32,000 bases of DNA from Dickeya dadantii NCPPB 898 (GTDB taxonomy: Bacteria; Pseudomonadota; Gammaproteobacteria; Enterobacterales; Enterobacteriaceae): assembly GCF_000406145.1 (NCBI RefSeq), contig NZ_CM001976.1, positions 2,801,337 through 2,833,336 on the forward strand. Direction: 5' to 3'. Each line of letters opens with the position of its first letter. Position 1 is the first letter of the stretch. The notes under the pieces were generated by a model. It was not told the origin of the DNA. It was given only the letters and a program-made list of their open reading frames with translations, and did not search any database. Made by a program: the position numbers and the translations under genes. Shown piece by piece: positions 21,556 through 30,821 of the stretch.

Positions 21556-22170
21556 ATGAAACTCTATTACAAACCGGGAAGTTGCTCACTGTTTCCTCAC
21601 ATTATTCTGCACGAGACCCGGACCAAGTTCACGCTGGTGAACGTCGACCTGCGCACCAAAAAAACCGAACAGGGCGATGACTACCTGCAGATCAACCCCA
21701 AAGGGATGGTGCCGGCGCTGGCGCTGGATGACGGCACCATTCTGACCGAAACCATTGCCATTGCCCTGTATCTGGCGGACAAAGCGCCGCAATATAATCT
21801 GATCGCGCCGTCCAGTACCATTCATCATTATCGCGCCATCGAATGGCTGGCCTACATTTCCACTGAACTGCACAAATCCTTCTCGCCGCTGTTCCGCCCC
21901 GGCACGCCGGAGCTGTACAAAGATTTGCTGAAAAGCTATCTGGAGCAACGTTTCCGCTACCTGAACCAGGTACTGAGCGAGCACGACTATCTGGTGGGCA
22001 ATCGCTTTGGCGTCGCCGATGCTTACCTGTTTACCATCTGTCGTTGGGCGCACGATCTGAGGTTCGACCTGATTCAGTTCCCGGCGCTGACGGCTTATCT
22101 GGAGCGAGTCTCGGGGCGGCCGGCGGTGGAAAAAGCGCTGACGGCGGAAGGGCTTGACGTCAAATACTGA
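21556..22170 (+). CDS. gstA: Glutathione S-transferase (GstA-like, beta class)
   Basis: 204 aa, collinear with E. coli GstA (MKLYYKPGSCSL, INPKGMVPAL, IEWLAYISTELHK, PLFRPGTPE, ADAYLFT, LTAEGL). Confidence 0.85.
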   Translation: MKLYYKPGSCSLFPHIILHETRTKFTLVNVDLRTKKTEQGDDYLQINPKGMVPALALDDGTILTETIAIALYLADKAPQYNLIAPSSTIHHYRAIEWLAYISTELHKSFSPLFRPGTPELYKDLLKSYLEQRFRYLNQVLSEHDYLVGNRFGVADAYLFTICRWAHDLRFDLIQFPALTAYLERVSGRPAVEKALTAEGLDVKY

Positions 22171-22204
22171 CATCCCCTGATAGCGGAATACAAGATTGCG
22201 GAAC

Positions 22205-22231
22205 ACGACGGGGCGCCACACGCCCCGTTGT
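22205..22231. terminator. Hairpin between convergent gstA and pdxY
   Basis: ACGACGGGGCG (22205-22215) pairs with CGCCCCGTTGT (22221-22231) with one G-U pair and a 5-nt loop. The flanking T-tracts are weak. Confidence 0.45.
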
Positions 22232-22246
22232 TGATCTGACGGCCGT

Positions 22247-23107
22247 TTAGAGACGAACGGCCTGAAAATGATGGCGTGGCTGCACGATGCCGTCCTGCGC
22301 CGCCACCAGTTGCAGCTCATACTGCTCCATCTCTTTCGTCACCAGCATCACTTCATAAACCGCTGCGGTGGTGTGTTCCAGCGCTTTTTCCGGCGCAACG
22401 CCTTTGAGCAGGTTCACCAGCAGCAGACCGCTGGTCAGGTCACCCACGCCAACCGGCTGACGCGGCCCGAAATCCACCAGCGGACGCTGAATATGCCAGG
22501 CGTCTTCCGGCGTCACCAGCAACATTTCAAAGCTGTCTTTGCTGGCGGCGGCGCGGCTCAGGTGCTTGACCAGCACCAGTCTCGGCCCGCGTCGGCAAAG
22601 CTCGCGGCTAGCCTGCACCGCCTCATCCACCGTATGAACGGTGCGGCCGCTCAGCAGCTCCAGCTCCGGCAGATTGGGCGCAATCATATCGCTCGCCAAT
22701 AGTGACTGGTTACAGTGAAAATCGGTCACGCCTGCCGGCACGATGCAGCCTTTTTCCGGCGTCCCCATCACCGGGTCGCAGAAGTAGATGGCTCGCGGAT
22801 TGGCGGCTTTGACCCGGCGAACCACTTCCAGAATATGCCCGCCCTGCTCCGGCGAACCGATATACCCACTCAATACCGCGTCGCAGTCCTTCAGGTGATC
22901 GATATTGCTGATGCCCTGAGCAATCTCGGTCAGATGCTCGGCAGGCATTACACAGCCGGTCCACTGACCATATTGGGTGTGGTTGGAAAATTGCACAGTG
23001 TTCAGCGGCCAGACATTCACGCCCATCCGGCGCATGGGAAACTCCGCCGCGCTGTTGCCGGCATGACCGAAAACCACGTGAGACTGAATCGACAGTATGT
23101 TTTTCAT
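22247..23107 (-). CDS. pdxY: Pyridoxal kinase 2
   Basis: Collinear with E. coli PdxY from [27 protein letters not shown] to the C-terminus. The track ORF start at 23173 was trimmed to the homologous ATG at 23107 (286 aa). Confidence 0.9.
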   Translation of the reverse strand: MKNILSIQSHVVFGHAGNSAAEFPMRRMGVNVWPLNTVQFSNHTQYGQWTGCVMPAEHLTEIAQGISNIDHLKDCDAVLSGYIGSPEQGGHILEVVRRVKAANPRAIYFCDPVMGTPEKGCIVPAGVTDFHCNQSLLASDMIAPNLPELELLSGRTVHTVDEAVQASRELCRRGPRLVLVKHLSRAAASKDSFEMLLVTPEDAWHIQRPLVDFGPRQPVGVGDLTSGLLLVNLLKGVAPEKALEHTTAAVYEVMLVTKEMEQYELQLVAAQDGIVQPRHHFQAVRL

Positions 23108-23149
23108 GAAAGTGACTACCCTTGCCTGCTCAAATGCGATGTGCTTGTT

Positions 23150-23194
23150 GTTATAAAACAGTCCGTTATACAACAGCCTGTTATAAAGCCGCGT
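23150..23194. repeat. Three tandem 15-bp units, each starting GTTATA, upstream of pdxY
   Basis: The units are GTTATAAAACAGTCC (23150), GTTATACAACAGCCT (23165) and GTTATAAAGCCGCGT (23180). On the pdxY strand each contributes a TATAAC hexamer. Confidence 0.7.
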
Positions 23195-23294
23195 GTTGCC
23201 TTTGTTCCGCCGTTCGGCGCATAGCCGATACAGCGCAATCCGGTGTTGTCAGCCCGTTTCCCATCATGACGCGGAATGCGCAGGGAACGCGCCT

Positions 23295-23323
23295 AAAAAC
23301 AAAGGGAGCATTTCGCTCCCTTT
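23295..23323 (-). terminator. Rho-independent terminator of tyrS
   Basis: The minus strand reads AAAGGGAGC-GAAAT-GCTCCCTTT, followed by GTTTTT. Confidence 0.8.
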
Positions 23324-23333
23324 AGTGGATCAA

Positions 23334-24608
23334 TCAGTCTTTCCAGCAGACCAGGCAATAGTTTTTCTTGCCCCGGCGCAGCAGGGTATAACGGCCGAAC
23401 AGACGATCGGCGCCCGTGAAGGTGTATTCCGGGTCTGACTGCTTCTCGCCGTTGATGGTGATGGCGTTGGAAGCGATGGTCTTGCGCGCCTGCCCGCGGG
23501 ACGGTTGCAGTTCGGAATCCACCAGCGCCTGCTGCAGGTCAGCGCCTGTCGCCAGCTCAACCATCGGCACGCCGTCCTGAGCCAGCTGCGCGAAATCCGC
23601 TTCGGTCAGGTCGCTCAGGTTACCGTTGAACAGACTCTGGGTGATACGTTTGGCCGCGGTCAATCCCTCTTCGCCATGCACCAGACGGGTCACTTCCTCC
23701 GCCAGCACATACTGGGCGCGCGGCGCGGCGCCGCTGTTTTTGTCTTCTTCTTCCAGCGCATTGATGGTTTCAATGTCGAGGAAGGTAAAGAATTTCAGGA
23801 ACCGGTATACGTCGGCGTCAGCGGTATTGATCCAGAACTGGTAGAATTTGTACGGACTGGTTTTCTTCGGATCCAGCCATACCGCGCCGCTTTCGGTTTT
23901 GCCGAACTTGGTGCCGTCAGACTTGGTGATCAGCGGAACGGTCAGGCCGAACACCTGTTTCTGATGCAGACGACGCGTCAGGTCGATACCGGAGGTGATG
24001 TTGCCCCACTGGTCGGAACCGCCAATCTGCAACTCCACGCCGTGCAGCGCGTTCAGCGAAGCGAAGTCATAACCCTGCAGCAGGTTGTAGGAAAACTCGG
24101 TGAAAGAAATACCCACGTCATCCCGGTTCAGGCGCTGTTTGACCGCTTCTTTGTTGATCATCTGGTTGACGGAGAAGTGCTTGCCGATATCGCGCAGAAA
24201 CGTCAGCACGTTCATCGAACCGAACCAGTCGTAGTTGTTGGCCGCCACGGCGCTGTTGTCGCCGCAGTCGAAATCCAGGAACGGCGCCGCCTGGCGGCGA
24301 ATTTTTTCCACCCATTCCTGCACCGTGTCTTCGGTATTCAGCTTACGCTCGGCGGCTTTGAAACTCGGATCACCGATCAGCCCCGTCGCGCCGCCCACCA
24401 GCGCCACCGGTTTGTGACCGGCCATCTGAAAGCGTTTCAGGCACAGCAGTGGCACCAGATGTCCCAAATGCAAGCTGTCGGCAGTCGGATCGAAACCGCA
24501 ATACAGTGCAATTGGCCCCTGCGCCAGTCGCTCTGCTAACGCGCCCTCGTCCGTTACCTGGGCCACCAGGCCCCGCTCTTGCAATTGTTGAATCAGATTG
24601 CTTGCCAT
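23334..24608 (-). CDS. tyrS: Tyrosine--tRNA ligase
   Basis: 424 aa, near-collinear with E. coli TyrS. It has the HIGH motif (ADSLHLGHL), KMSKS-type KFGKT and a C-terminal S4 domain. The start was trimmed to [13 protein letters not shown] (ATG 24608), which has GGAG upstream. Confidence 0.95.
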   Translation of the reverse strand: MASNLIQQLQERGLVAQVTDEGALAERLAQGPIALYCGFDPTADSLHLGHLVPLLCLKRFQMAGHKPVALVGGATGLIGDPSFKAAERKLNTEDTVQEWVEKIRRQAAPFLDFDCGDNSAVAANNYDWFGSMNVLTFLRDIGKHFSVNQMINKEAVKQRLNRDDVGISFTEFSYNLLQGYDFASLNALHGVELQIGGSDQWGNITSGIDLTRRLHQKQVFGLTVPLITKSDGTKFGKTESGAVWLDPKKTSPYKFYQFWINTADADVYRFLKFFTFLDIETINALEEEDKNSGAAPRAQYVLAEEVTRLVHGEEGLTAAKRITQSLFNGNLSDLTEADFAQLAQDGVPMVELATGADLQQALVDSELQPSRGQARKTIASNAITINGEKQSDPEYTFTGADRLFGRYTLLRRGKKNYCLVCWKD

Positions 24609-24748
24609 CAAAGTCTCCATGTATAAACGACTGCACCTTTGCCGGTACACGATTTTTCGCCTCTTTGGCGAAAGAAAAATTCAGGGTGACATAGAATAAA
24701 GCGCCGACACCGCGAGTGCCAGCGCTTAGCGCAACAAATTCCGGTGAT

Positions 24749-25483
24749 TTAGGGCGCCAGCCGGTCGATTGTCCAGCCTTCGCCCTCGCGCTGGTACAGA
24801 AAACGATCGTGCAAGCGGTGTTCGCCGCCCTGCCAGAACTCCATCGACTCGATAGTGACGCGGAATCCGCCCCAGAAACTCGGCAACGGAATCTCACCCT
24901 GCTGGAACTTCTGCTTCATCTCGAAGAACTTGCTTTCCAGCATGCTGCGGGCGGAAATGCGGCTTGACTGTTTTGAAACCCAGGCGCCGATCTGACTATC
25001 GCGCGGGCGGCTGTGGAAATACTTCATCACGTCCAGCATCGGTAGTTTTTCCGCCTTGCCCAGCACGATGACCTGACGCTCCAGCATGTGCCAGGGGAAC
25101 AACAGGCTGATGCGGGAATTCATCGCCAGCTGCTGCGCCTTGCGGCTGCCCATATTGGTATAAAACACCATGCCTTTTTCGTCATAGTGTTTCAGCAGCA
25201 CGATGCGCTGATAAGGCTGGCCCTGTTCGTCGACCGTCGCCACGCACATCGCGGTAGGGTCCGCCAGCTGTGCTTCGCAAGCCTGCTTTAGCCAGCGTTC
25301 GAACAGATCGAGCGGGTTGTCGGTCAGATCGTGGCGGCGTAGCCCGCCGCGGGTATATTCGCGCCGCAAATCGGCGATATCGACAGCGGTGGTATTTTCA
25401 CCGGAAGCAATATTTTCACCGGGCGCGATCGCAACGCGGTTTCGGGTGTCAGGGTGGTGCGCGTCATCGTGTTCTGTGGTCAT
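24749..25483 (-). CDS. pdxH: Pyridoxamine/pyridoxine 5'-phosphate oxidase
   Basis: From [12 protein letters not shown] to DRLAP the sequence is collinear with E. coli PdxH. The start is uncertain. ATG 25483 gives 244 aa and the track ATG 25528 gives 259 aa. Both are longer at the N-terminus than E. coli PdxH. Confidence 0.85.
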   Translation of the reverse strand: MTTEHDDAHHPDTRNRVAIAPGENIASGENTTAVDIADLRREYTRGGLRRHDLTDNPLDLFERWLKQACEAQLADPTAMCVATVDEQGQPYQRIVLLKHYDEKGMVFYTNMGSRKAQQLAMNSRISLLFPWHMLERQVIVLGKAEKLPMLDVMKYFHSRPRDSQIGAWVSKQSSRISARSMLESKFFEMKQKFQQGEIPLPSFWGGFRVTIESMEFWQGGEHRLHDRFLYQREGEGWTIDRLAP

Positions 25484-25579
25484 GAGGTCCTGCCGTTGCC
25501 TAACCGGGCGAGAAATAGAGAGGCTCATTCTGCGCCCGCGTCACCAAAATCTCAACGCCCGCAACGGCATGGACACGGA

Positions 25580-25885
25580 TTACTTCAGCACACAGTCATT
25601 GACGATGATTCTATCGCCGCGCACGATAAACGCCTGATTTCCTTTGCTCCAGAAGGCATATCGGTCGTCGCTGTAACGCGTGCCGGACGCGGCAGGCACC
25701 TGGGGAAGCGTGTGAGATTCGCCATCCAGCAGGAAGGTCACGCTGTCGCCCTGCGGGCCGGGGTTCAGCGTGACGGTGAGCGGCATGGTGCCGCACTGGT
25801 AGTACAAGGTTTGCGGCTTCGCGGCCGGCATCAGTTGCGCGCAGCCGCTTAACAGCACGACGCCGGCGATCAGCAGTGATTTCAT
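25580..25885 (-). CDS. mliC: Membrane-bound lysozyme inhibitor of C-type lysozyme (lipoprotein)
   Basis: 101 aa with lipobox LLSGC and an MliC-like core (YQCG...SGTRYSDD...FWSKG). It sits between anmK and pdxH, as in E. coli. Confidence 0.8.
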   Translation of the reverse strand: MKSLLIAGVVLLSGCAQLMPAAKPQTLYYQCGTMPLTVTLNPGPQGDSVTFLLDGESHTLPQVPAASGTRYSDDRYAFWSKGNQAFIVRGDRIIVNDCVLK

Positions 25886-25991
25886 TCTATTGTTCTCCTG
25901 TTATTAGCGGATGCCGGCATCCCATCCGGACAAATCCAATAACGGAGCAGTCTATCAACAGAGCGCTGACGTACCTCTCGGCAAAATCCGA

Positions 25992-27104
25992 TTACACGGG
26001 CATCGCCGGGTAAATGGCGCCAAGCACGGTTTCGCGGCTGGCGCCGGTCACGGACGGCAAATTGCCGGGCAACCCAGACAGGGTGCGAAACGCTAACCAG
26101 GCGAACGCCAGCGCTTCCATATCATCGCCACGGATGCCGAAGTTGTCGGTAGCGCTGACCTCAATGCCCGGCAGGCGCGCCGACAGTTGACTCATCAGCA
26201 GCGGATTGCGCGCCCCGCCGCCGCACACCAATACACGTTCGCAGCCGCCGGTCAGCAGCACTTGCCCGGCGATGGTTTCCGCGCTCAGCGCCACCAGCGT
26301 GGCCTGCACATCTTCCGGCCGCAGGCGGGGAAAGACCGCCAGTTGTCTTTCCAGCCATGCCAGATTGAAATACTCGCGCCCGGTGCTCTTGGGCGCCGGC
26401 AACCCGAAATAGGGATCGGACAGCATGTGGCTCAACAACGCGTTGTCCACCTGACCGGTTAACGCCCAGGCGGCGTCTTTATCGTATGGCTGCGCCCGGT
26501 TACGCCACACCCAGGCATCCAGCAGCATATTGCCCGGCCCGGTGTCATAACCTTTTACCGGACGCCCCGGCACCAGCACCGAAATGTTGGCGATCCCGCC
26601 GATATTCAACACAATTCGCCGTTCCACCGGGTGCTGCAATAGCGCGTGATGAAACACCGGCACCAGCGGCGCCCCCTGCCCGCCCAACGCCATGTCGCGG
26701 CGGCGGAAATCGCCGACCGTGGTGATGCCGGTCACGGCGGCGATACGATTGCAATCGCCAATCTGCAGGGTGCAAGGCGCATCGCTGTCCGGTTCATGCC
26801 AGACCGTCTGCCCATGACAGCCAATCGCGGTAATCTCGCTCGCACTCAGCCCGGTCTGGCGCAACAGCGCCTGCACCGCTTCGGCGAACAGCGCCCCGAG
26901 CCGGGTATCCAGTCGCCCTAATTCGGAGAGCGTCACGGCCTGGCCTTGATTCATGCTCAGTATCGTCTGCCGAATCGCCGGTGGAAGCGGATGGCAATAG
27001 CTGGCTTGCTGTGCGACGGTATGCTCATCAATGGCGGCCAGCACCACGTCGACACCATCCAGACTGGTGCCGGACATCACACCAATATATCTTCCAGACC
27101 TCAT
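25992..27104 (-). CDS. anmK: Anhydro-N-acetylmuramic acid kinase
   Basis: 370 aa; [27 protein letters not shown] and the rest match E. coli AnmK in sequence and length. Confidence 0.9.
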   Translation of the reverse strand: MRSGRYIGVMSGTSLDGVDVVLAAIDEHTVAQQASYCHPLPPAIRQTILSMNQGQAVTLSELGRLDTRLGALFAEAVQALLRQTGLSASEITAIGCHGQTVWHEPDSDAPCTLQIGDCNRIAAVTGITTVGDFRRRDMALGGQGAPLVPVFHHALLQHPVERRIVLNIGGIANISVLVPGRPVKGYDTGPGNMLLDAWVWRNRAQPYDKDAAWALTGQVDNALLSHMLSDPYFGLPAPKSTGREYFNLAWLERQLAVFPRLRPEDVQATLVALSAETIAGQVLLTGGCERVLVCGGGARNPLLMSQLSARLPGIEVSATDNFGIRGDDMEALAFAWLAFRTLSGLPGNLPSVTGASRETVLGAIYPAMPV

Positions 27105-27296
27105 TGGGTTACCTTTGTTTTGTAAAATGGCCGTCTGTCACGACATAGTCTCAAATGACCAGACGATGCAGGCACGTTGCCGGTATACTGGATGTAGATT
27201 TTGTCTTTTTTGTCAGACTGATGCCAGCGTAGGTAAAAAATCGCCACTTGACTCGGTTTTTCAGAAAAAAAGGACTTCACAGGGAACTTTATAACG

Positions 27297-27313
27297 CGTT
27301 TATTATCAATTTA
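27297..27313 (+). promoter_or_regulatory. Possible PhoP box upstream of slyB
   Basis: CGTTTA-TTATC-AATTTA resembles the direct-repeat PhoP box (T/G)GTTTA-N5-(T/G)GTTTA, with 9 of 12 positions matching. slyB is a PhoP-activated gene in E. coli and Salmonella. Spacing to a -10 element is not convincing. Confidence 0.3.
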
Positions 27314-27448
27314 GGCGCGCTATTCTATCCTTAACATCAATTGAAACAGTAGAATGGTGCGTTCGACCACACCATGATGTGACAATAGATAATTCGTCGG
27401 CTTAGGCTGCGCCCCCGACACAGACACAGCTATAACAGGAGTCTTTCT

Positions 27449-27916
27449 ATGATGAAACGTTTTCTCGTGATCACTTTAGCAGGTATCACACTGGCTGGCT
27501 GCGCCAATACCAGCACCCTGTCAGGAGACGTTTACAGTGCATCCGAAGCCAAGCAGGTTCAGACTGTAACCTACGGCACCGTCGTCTCTACTCGTCCGGT
27601 ACAGATTCAGGCCGGTGAAGACAGTAATGTCATCGGCACCCTCGGCGGCGCCGTGCTGGGCGGGCTGGTCGGTAATACCGTCGGCCGCGGTACGGGCCGT
27701 AATCTGGCGACAGCCGCAGGCGCGGTTGCCGGTGGCGTTGCCGGTAACAGCATTGAAGGCGCGGTCAACCGCGTTCAGGGCGTGGAGCTGGAAATCCGTA
27801 AAGACGACGGCAGCACCATCATGGTGGTGCAAAAACAGGGCGATACCAAATTCCACGCCGGACAACGTGTGGCTATGGCCAGCAACGGCCGTTCCATCAC
27901 CGTCTCCCCGCGTTAA
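27449..27916 (+). CDS. slyB: Outer membrane lipoprotein SlyB
   Basis: 155 aa with lipobox LAGC. It is near-collinear with E. coli SlyB (LSGDVYSASEAKQVQTV, GGAVLGG, VELEIRKDDGSTIMVVQKQG, TVSPR). Confidence 0.95.
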   Translation: MMKRFLVITLAGITLAGCANTSTLSGDVYSASEAKQVQTVTYGTVVSTRPVQIQAGEDSNVIGTLGGAVLGGLVGNTVGRGTGRNLATAAGAVAGGVAGNSIEGAVNRVQGVELEIRKDDGSTIMVVQKQGDTKFHAGQRVAMASNGRSITVSPR

Positions 27917-27928
27917 GATTCGATTATC

Positions 27929-27953
27929 AATCACCACCCTCCGGGTGGTGATT
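27929..27953 (+). terminator. Hairpin after slyB
   Basis: AATCACCACCC (27929-27939) pairs with GGGTGGTGATT (27943-27953) around a 3-nt loop. The T-tract is weak. Confidence 0.55.
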
Positions 27954-28353
27954 GTCTAATGTCATCAATTCGGCTCGATATATCCAGATAACCATCATTC
28001 ACACTATATACTCGACATACTGAGTTGCAGGTGCGTTGGCTTTATTATCTGGCCCATCCCTAGGCCTCACCCTTTTAGAGCCGCGACAAGCCGCGTTCAA
28101 CCATGTTCCCGACAGACCTGCTCCCACAGATCCATTCCCAACAGAGTTGTCGCTCTCCCCAGTCATTTACTTATGCAAAATTCTGAGGATTCGATCGGTT
28201 GCCGCGTTACAAAGTTCATAATGAACCTTGCCCTGAAGGGCCAACGTTGCGTTGTTCAAAACGCCAGCGTGTTGTCCTGCGACTCGAATTATTTGAGTAA
28301 TATGTTGTCTGAAATTCGAATTCGCCCGCCAAGACATTTACTTTTTCTATTAA

Positions 28354-28791
28354 TTAAGACTGACTCTCATGTAATGCCAAAATGTTTTTTTCCAGCCGGG
28401 AGATAATAGTGGCCAACTCATCCACTTCCGCCGGGGTAATACCATTTAATATTTCGCTGCGTGTCTGATCAATAACGTCATTAACAGCCTGAATGATAGG
28501 ATCCGCCATATCCGTTAACAGAATACGTTTAGCGCGTCGATCATGGGCACAGATGTGCCGGGTAATTAACCCCTTATCTTCAAGTTGATCCAACGTACGC
28601 ACCAGCGAAGGCTGTTCTATTCCTATCGCTTTGGCAAGCTGAATTTGGGACTGCCCCGGAGGCAGTTGGTGAATATTATGCAGTGTGACCCAGTGCGTCT
28701 GCGTGAGCTCCAGAGGCTTCAATCGATGATCAATCAAAGCGCGCCATACACGAACCAACCGGGCTAAATCAGAACCTAACGGCAATTCCAT
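28354..28791 (-). CDS. slyA: MarR-family transcriptional regulator SlyA
   Basis: Near-collinear with E. coli SlyA ([71 protein letters not shown]). ATG 28791 has AAGGAG 5 nt upstream. The track start is GTG 28794. Confidence 0.95.
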   Translation of the reverse strand: MELPLGSDLARLVRVWRALIDHRLKPLELTQTHWVTLHNIHQLPPGQSQIQLAKAIGIEQPSLVRTLDQLEDKGLITRHICAHDRRAKRILLTDMADPIIQAVNDVIDQTRSEILNGITPAEVDELATIISRLEKNILALHESQS

Positions 28792-28806
28792 CACTTCTCC
28801 TTATAG

Positions 28807-28818
28807 TTAGCATACTAA
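28807..28818. promoter_or_regulatory. SlyA-type palindrome in the slyA 5' region (probable autoregulatory site)
   Basis: TTAGCATACTAA compared with the SlyA consensus TTAGCAAGCTAA as I recall it. One half-site is perfect and the other has one mismatch. It lies 16 nt upstream of the slyA ATG, at the edge of a very AT-rich upstream region. Confidence 0.5.
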
Positions 28819-28965
28819 GCAACTTCCCTGGATTGCAATCAACTCTGATTTAAAACGAAAGTCTAATAAAAAAATGTCTTATTGTTATCTATCTATTCTA
28901 GCAAATAATAATTAATTAAAAATGATCTTGAACTTAATTTATATCATTAAATATCACCCTGCCGA

Positions 28966-29205
28966 TTAAAACAAGGCTGGTTGATCTGGCTCGGAGGACA
29001 CTGAATTTTTTTCACTTCGCTGGGAACGTTTCATCCTTTGCCGGCACAAACGCAGCACATCCTGTTTTTGCGCATCACTCATTGTCCCCCAATTAAAACG
29101 CTCGCTGCGGCTGCGAAAACAACCACGACAGAAGCCCCGGTCATCCGCCTGGCAGATACCCCGGCAAGGGTTGGGAACAGGAAAAAGTTCGAGCTGCTCA
29201 GCCAC
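28966..29205 (-). CDS. ydhL: DUF1289 family protein YdhL
   Basis: 79 aa; MAEQLELFPVPNPCRGICQADDRGFCRGCFRSRSERFNW closely matches E. coli YdhL. It starts at GTG with GAGGAGG 4 nt upstream. Confidence 0.85.
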   Translation of the reverse strand: MAEQLELFPVPNPCRGICQADDRGFCRGCFRSRSERFNWGTMSDAQKQDVLRLCRQRMKRSQRSEKNSVSSEPDQPALF

Positions 29206-29356
29206 AGGACCTCCTCATCTGACGTCTTTATTGAAACCTTGATTGCCGTCACTGGCAAGCTTTCCGTAACGTTACCGAGTAATTAACCGCCATCTTCCCG
29301 TTTATCTCACCCTTTTTTCAGCAAGCGAACCTGAAAAGCAGCGCCCGGCCACAGGT

Positions 29357-29386
29357 TTGGACTCCCCCCGGCAACGACGTTATACT
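29357..29386 (+). promoter_or_regulatory. Candidate sigma70 promoter for gloA
   Basis: TTGGAC (29357-29362), an 18-nt spacer and TATACT (29381-29386), about 84 nt upstream of the gloA ATG. Confidence 0.4.
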
Positions 29387-29469
29387 CAGGCCCTGTTGTT
29401 TCAGGCGGTAACGGAATGCACCCGGTATCGCCCATGACGGTTAACCCACTGATCAAAATAGGGGTCATT

Positions 29470-29877
29470 ATGCGTTTACTTCATACCATGCTACGCGTTG
29501 GCGACCTGCAGCGCGCTATCGATTTCTACACCAAGGTACTGGGCATGCGTCTGCTACGCACCAGCGACAATCCGGAATACAAATATTCTCTGGCATTTGT
29601 CGGCTATACCGAGGAAAGCGAAGGCGCCGTGATCGAACTGACCTACAACTGGGGCGTGGAAAGCTATGAACTGGGCACCGCCTTCGGTCATATCGCACTG
29701 GGTGTGGATGACGTAGCGGGTGCCTGTGAACGTATCCGTCAGGCCGGCGGCAAGGTTACCCGTGAAGCCGGCCCGGTCAAAGGCGGCTCCACCGTTATCG
29801 CTTTCGTTGAAGACCCTGACGGTTACAAAATCGAGCTGATCAAACGCTCGCAGGCCGGTCAGGGACTGGGCAATTAA
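29470..29877 (+). CDS. gloA: Lactoylglutathione lyase (glyoxalase I)
   Basis: 135 aa; [26 protein letters not shown]...GYKIELI is near-collinear with E. coli GloA. The track start at 29416 was trimmed to the homologous ATG at 29470. Confidence 0.95.
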   Translation: MRLLHTMLRVGDLQRAIDFYTKVLGMRLLRTSDNPEYKYSLAFVGYTEESEGAVIELTYNWGVESYELGTAFGHIALGVDDVAGACERIRQAGGKVTREAGPVKGGSTVIAFVEDPDGYKIELIKRSQAGQGLGN

Positions 29878-29896
29878 TCATCCCGCCTTTGCTGTT

Positions 29897-29922
29897 CAGG
29901 TGCCGACAGGCGCCTGTCTTTC
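29897..29922 (+). terminator. Probable terminator of gloA
   Basis: CAGGTGCC (29897-29904) pairs with GGCGCCTG (29909-29916) with one G-U pair around loop GACA. TCTTTC follows. Confidence 0.5.
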
Positions 29923-30018
29923 GGGGGAACGGTTATCCGCCGTCATGTACGGCTGCTGCATCCCCCGCCGGAATTTGCCATAATGCGCACTGCATGTTAC
30001 TGAAGAAATAAGAAACGA

Positions 30019-30696
30019 ATGGCTGAGAAAAATAACCTGAACGCCCTGAACGCGCGTTTTCGTGGCTTTTACCCCGTTGTTATCGATGTCGAAACCGCCG
30101 GGTTCAACGCGAAAACCGATGCGCTGCTGGAAATTGCAGCCGTAACGCTGAAAATGGATGAAAGCGGTTGGTTACAGCCGGACGAAACCTTGCATTTTCA
30201 CATCGAACCGTTTGAAGGCGCAATTCTGCGGCCCGAAGCGCTGGCCTTCAACGGCATCGACCCTGCCAACCCATTGCGTGGCGCGGTGAGCGAATATGAA
30301 GCGCTGCATGAAATCTTCAAAGCCGTGCGTAAGGGAATCAAAGATCAGAACTGCAATCGCGGCATCATCGTGGCCCATAACGCGACCTTCGACCACAGCT
30401 TTCTGATGGCGGCGGCAGAACGCTGCGGCCTGAAACGTAACCCATTCCACCCTTTCGCCACCTTTGACACCGCCGCGCTCAGCGGGCTGGTGCTGGGGCA
30501 GACGGTGCTGGCCAAAGCCTGTATTGCAGCGGAGATCCCGTTCGACGCCAGCCAGGCGCACTCAGCGCTCTATGACACCGAACAGACAGCGCAGCTGTTT
30601 TGTGAACTGGTCAATCGCTGGAAGCGCATGGGCGGCTGGCCGCTGGCCTCAGGAACCGATACCGAAACGCCGCTGGCCGTCGGCAGTGAAGGGTAA
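30019..30696 (+). CDS. rnt: Ribonuclease T
   Basis: [36 protein letters not shown] and the DEDDh exonuclease motifs ([17 protein letters not shown]) are collinear with E. coli RNase T. Confidence 0.95.
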   Translation: MAEKNNLNALNARFRGFYPVVIDVETAGFNAKTDALLEIAAVTLKMDESGWLQPDETLHFHIEPFEGAILRPEALAFNGIDPANPLRGAVSEYEALHEIFKAVRKGIKDQNCNRGIIVAHNATFDHSFLMAAAERCGLKRNPFHPFATFDTAALSGLVLGQTVLAKACIAAEIPFDASQAHSALYDTEQTAQLFCELVNRWKRMGGWPLASGTDTETPLAVGSEG

Positions 30697-30770
30697 GCCG
30701 GCGCGAACACCGGTGGTCGTGCCAATACCCTGCGGCATCAAAGCATCATAATCGTAACGATTAAAACGAT

Positions 30771-30810
30771 ATCAGGCAGCGCCGGGCTGCCTGATGCCGG
30801 GCTGCCTGAT
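30771..30810. terminator. Hairpin with a duplicated 3' arm between convergent rnt and grxD
   Basis: ATCAGGCAGC (30771-30780) can pair with either copy of GCTGCCTGAT (30786-30795 or 30801-30810). The 15-bp unit GCCGGGCTGCCTGAT is tandemly duplicated. Confidence 0.5.
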
Positions 30811-30821
30811 AGAGAGAAGGA

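Noticed and set aside
23505-24539. 344-aa plus-strand ORF inside tyrS; similar cases are 1818-2720 and 2802-3506 (ydeP-like), 9498-10364 (kdgT), 10678-11304 (araD), 12321-12935 (pyrF), 13182-14288 (lapB), 18472-20840 (several in acnA), 21586-22320 (gstA) and 22268-23224 (pdxY)
   Set aside because: All are shadow ORFs opposite or out of frame with confidently identified genes, and none shows recognisable motifs.
28187-28198. GGATTCGATCGG, whose minus strand CCGATCGAATCC resembles a tRNA T-loop (GGTTCGAATCC), raising the idea of a tRNA fragment or integrase att remnant
   Set aside because: The flanking bases cannot form a T-stem, an acceptor stem or any other cloverleaf arm, and no integrase or direct repeat partner is nearby.
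28036-28406. 61-aa and 77-aa plus-strand ORFs, and a 55-codon minus-strand ORF, in the slyB-slyA spacer
   Set aside because: They have non-ATG or SD-less starts. One runs into the slyA coding region on the opposite strand. No homology or hydrophobic toxin-like character is present. I treat them as non-coding; the region itself is reported as a finding.
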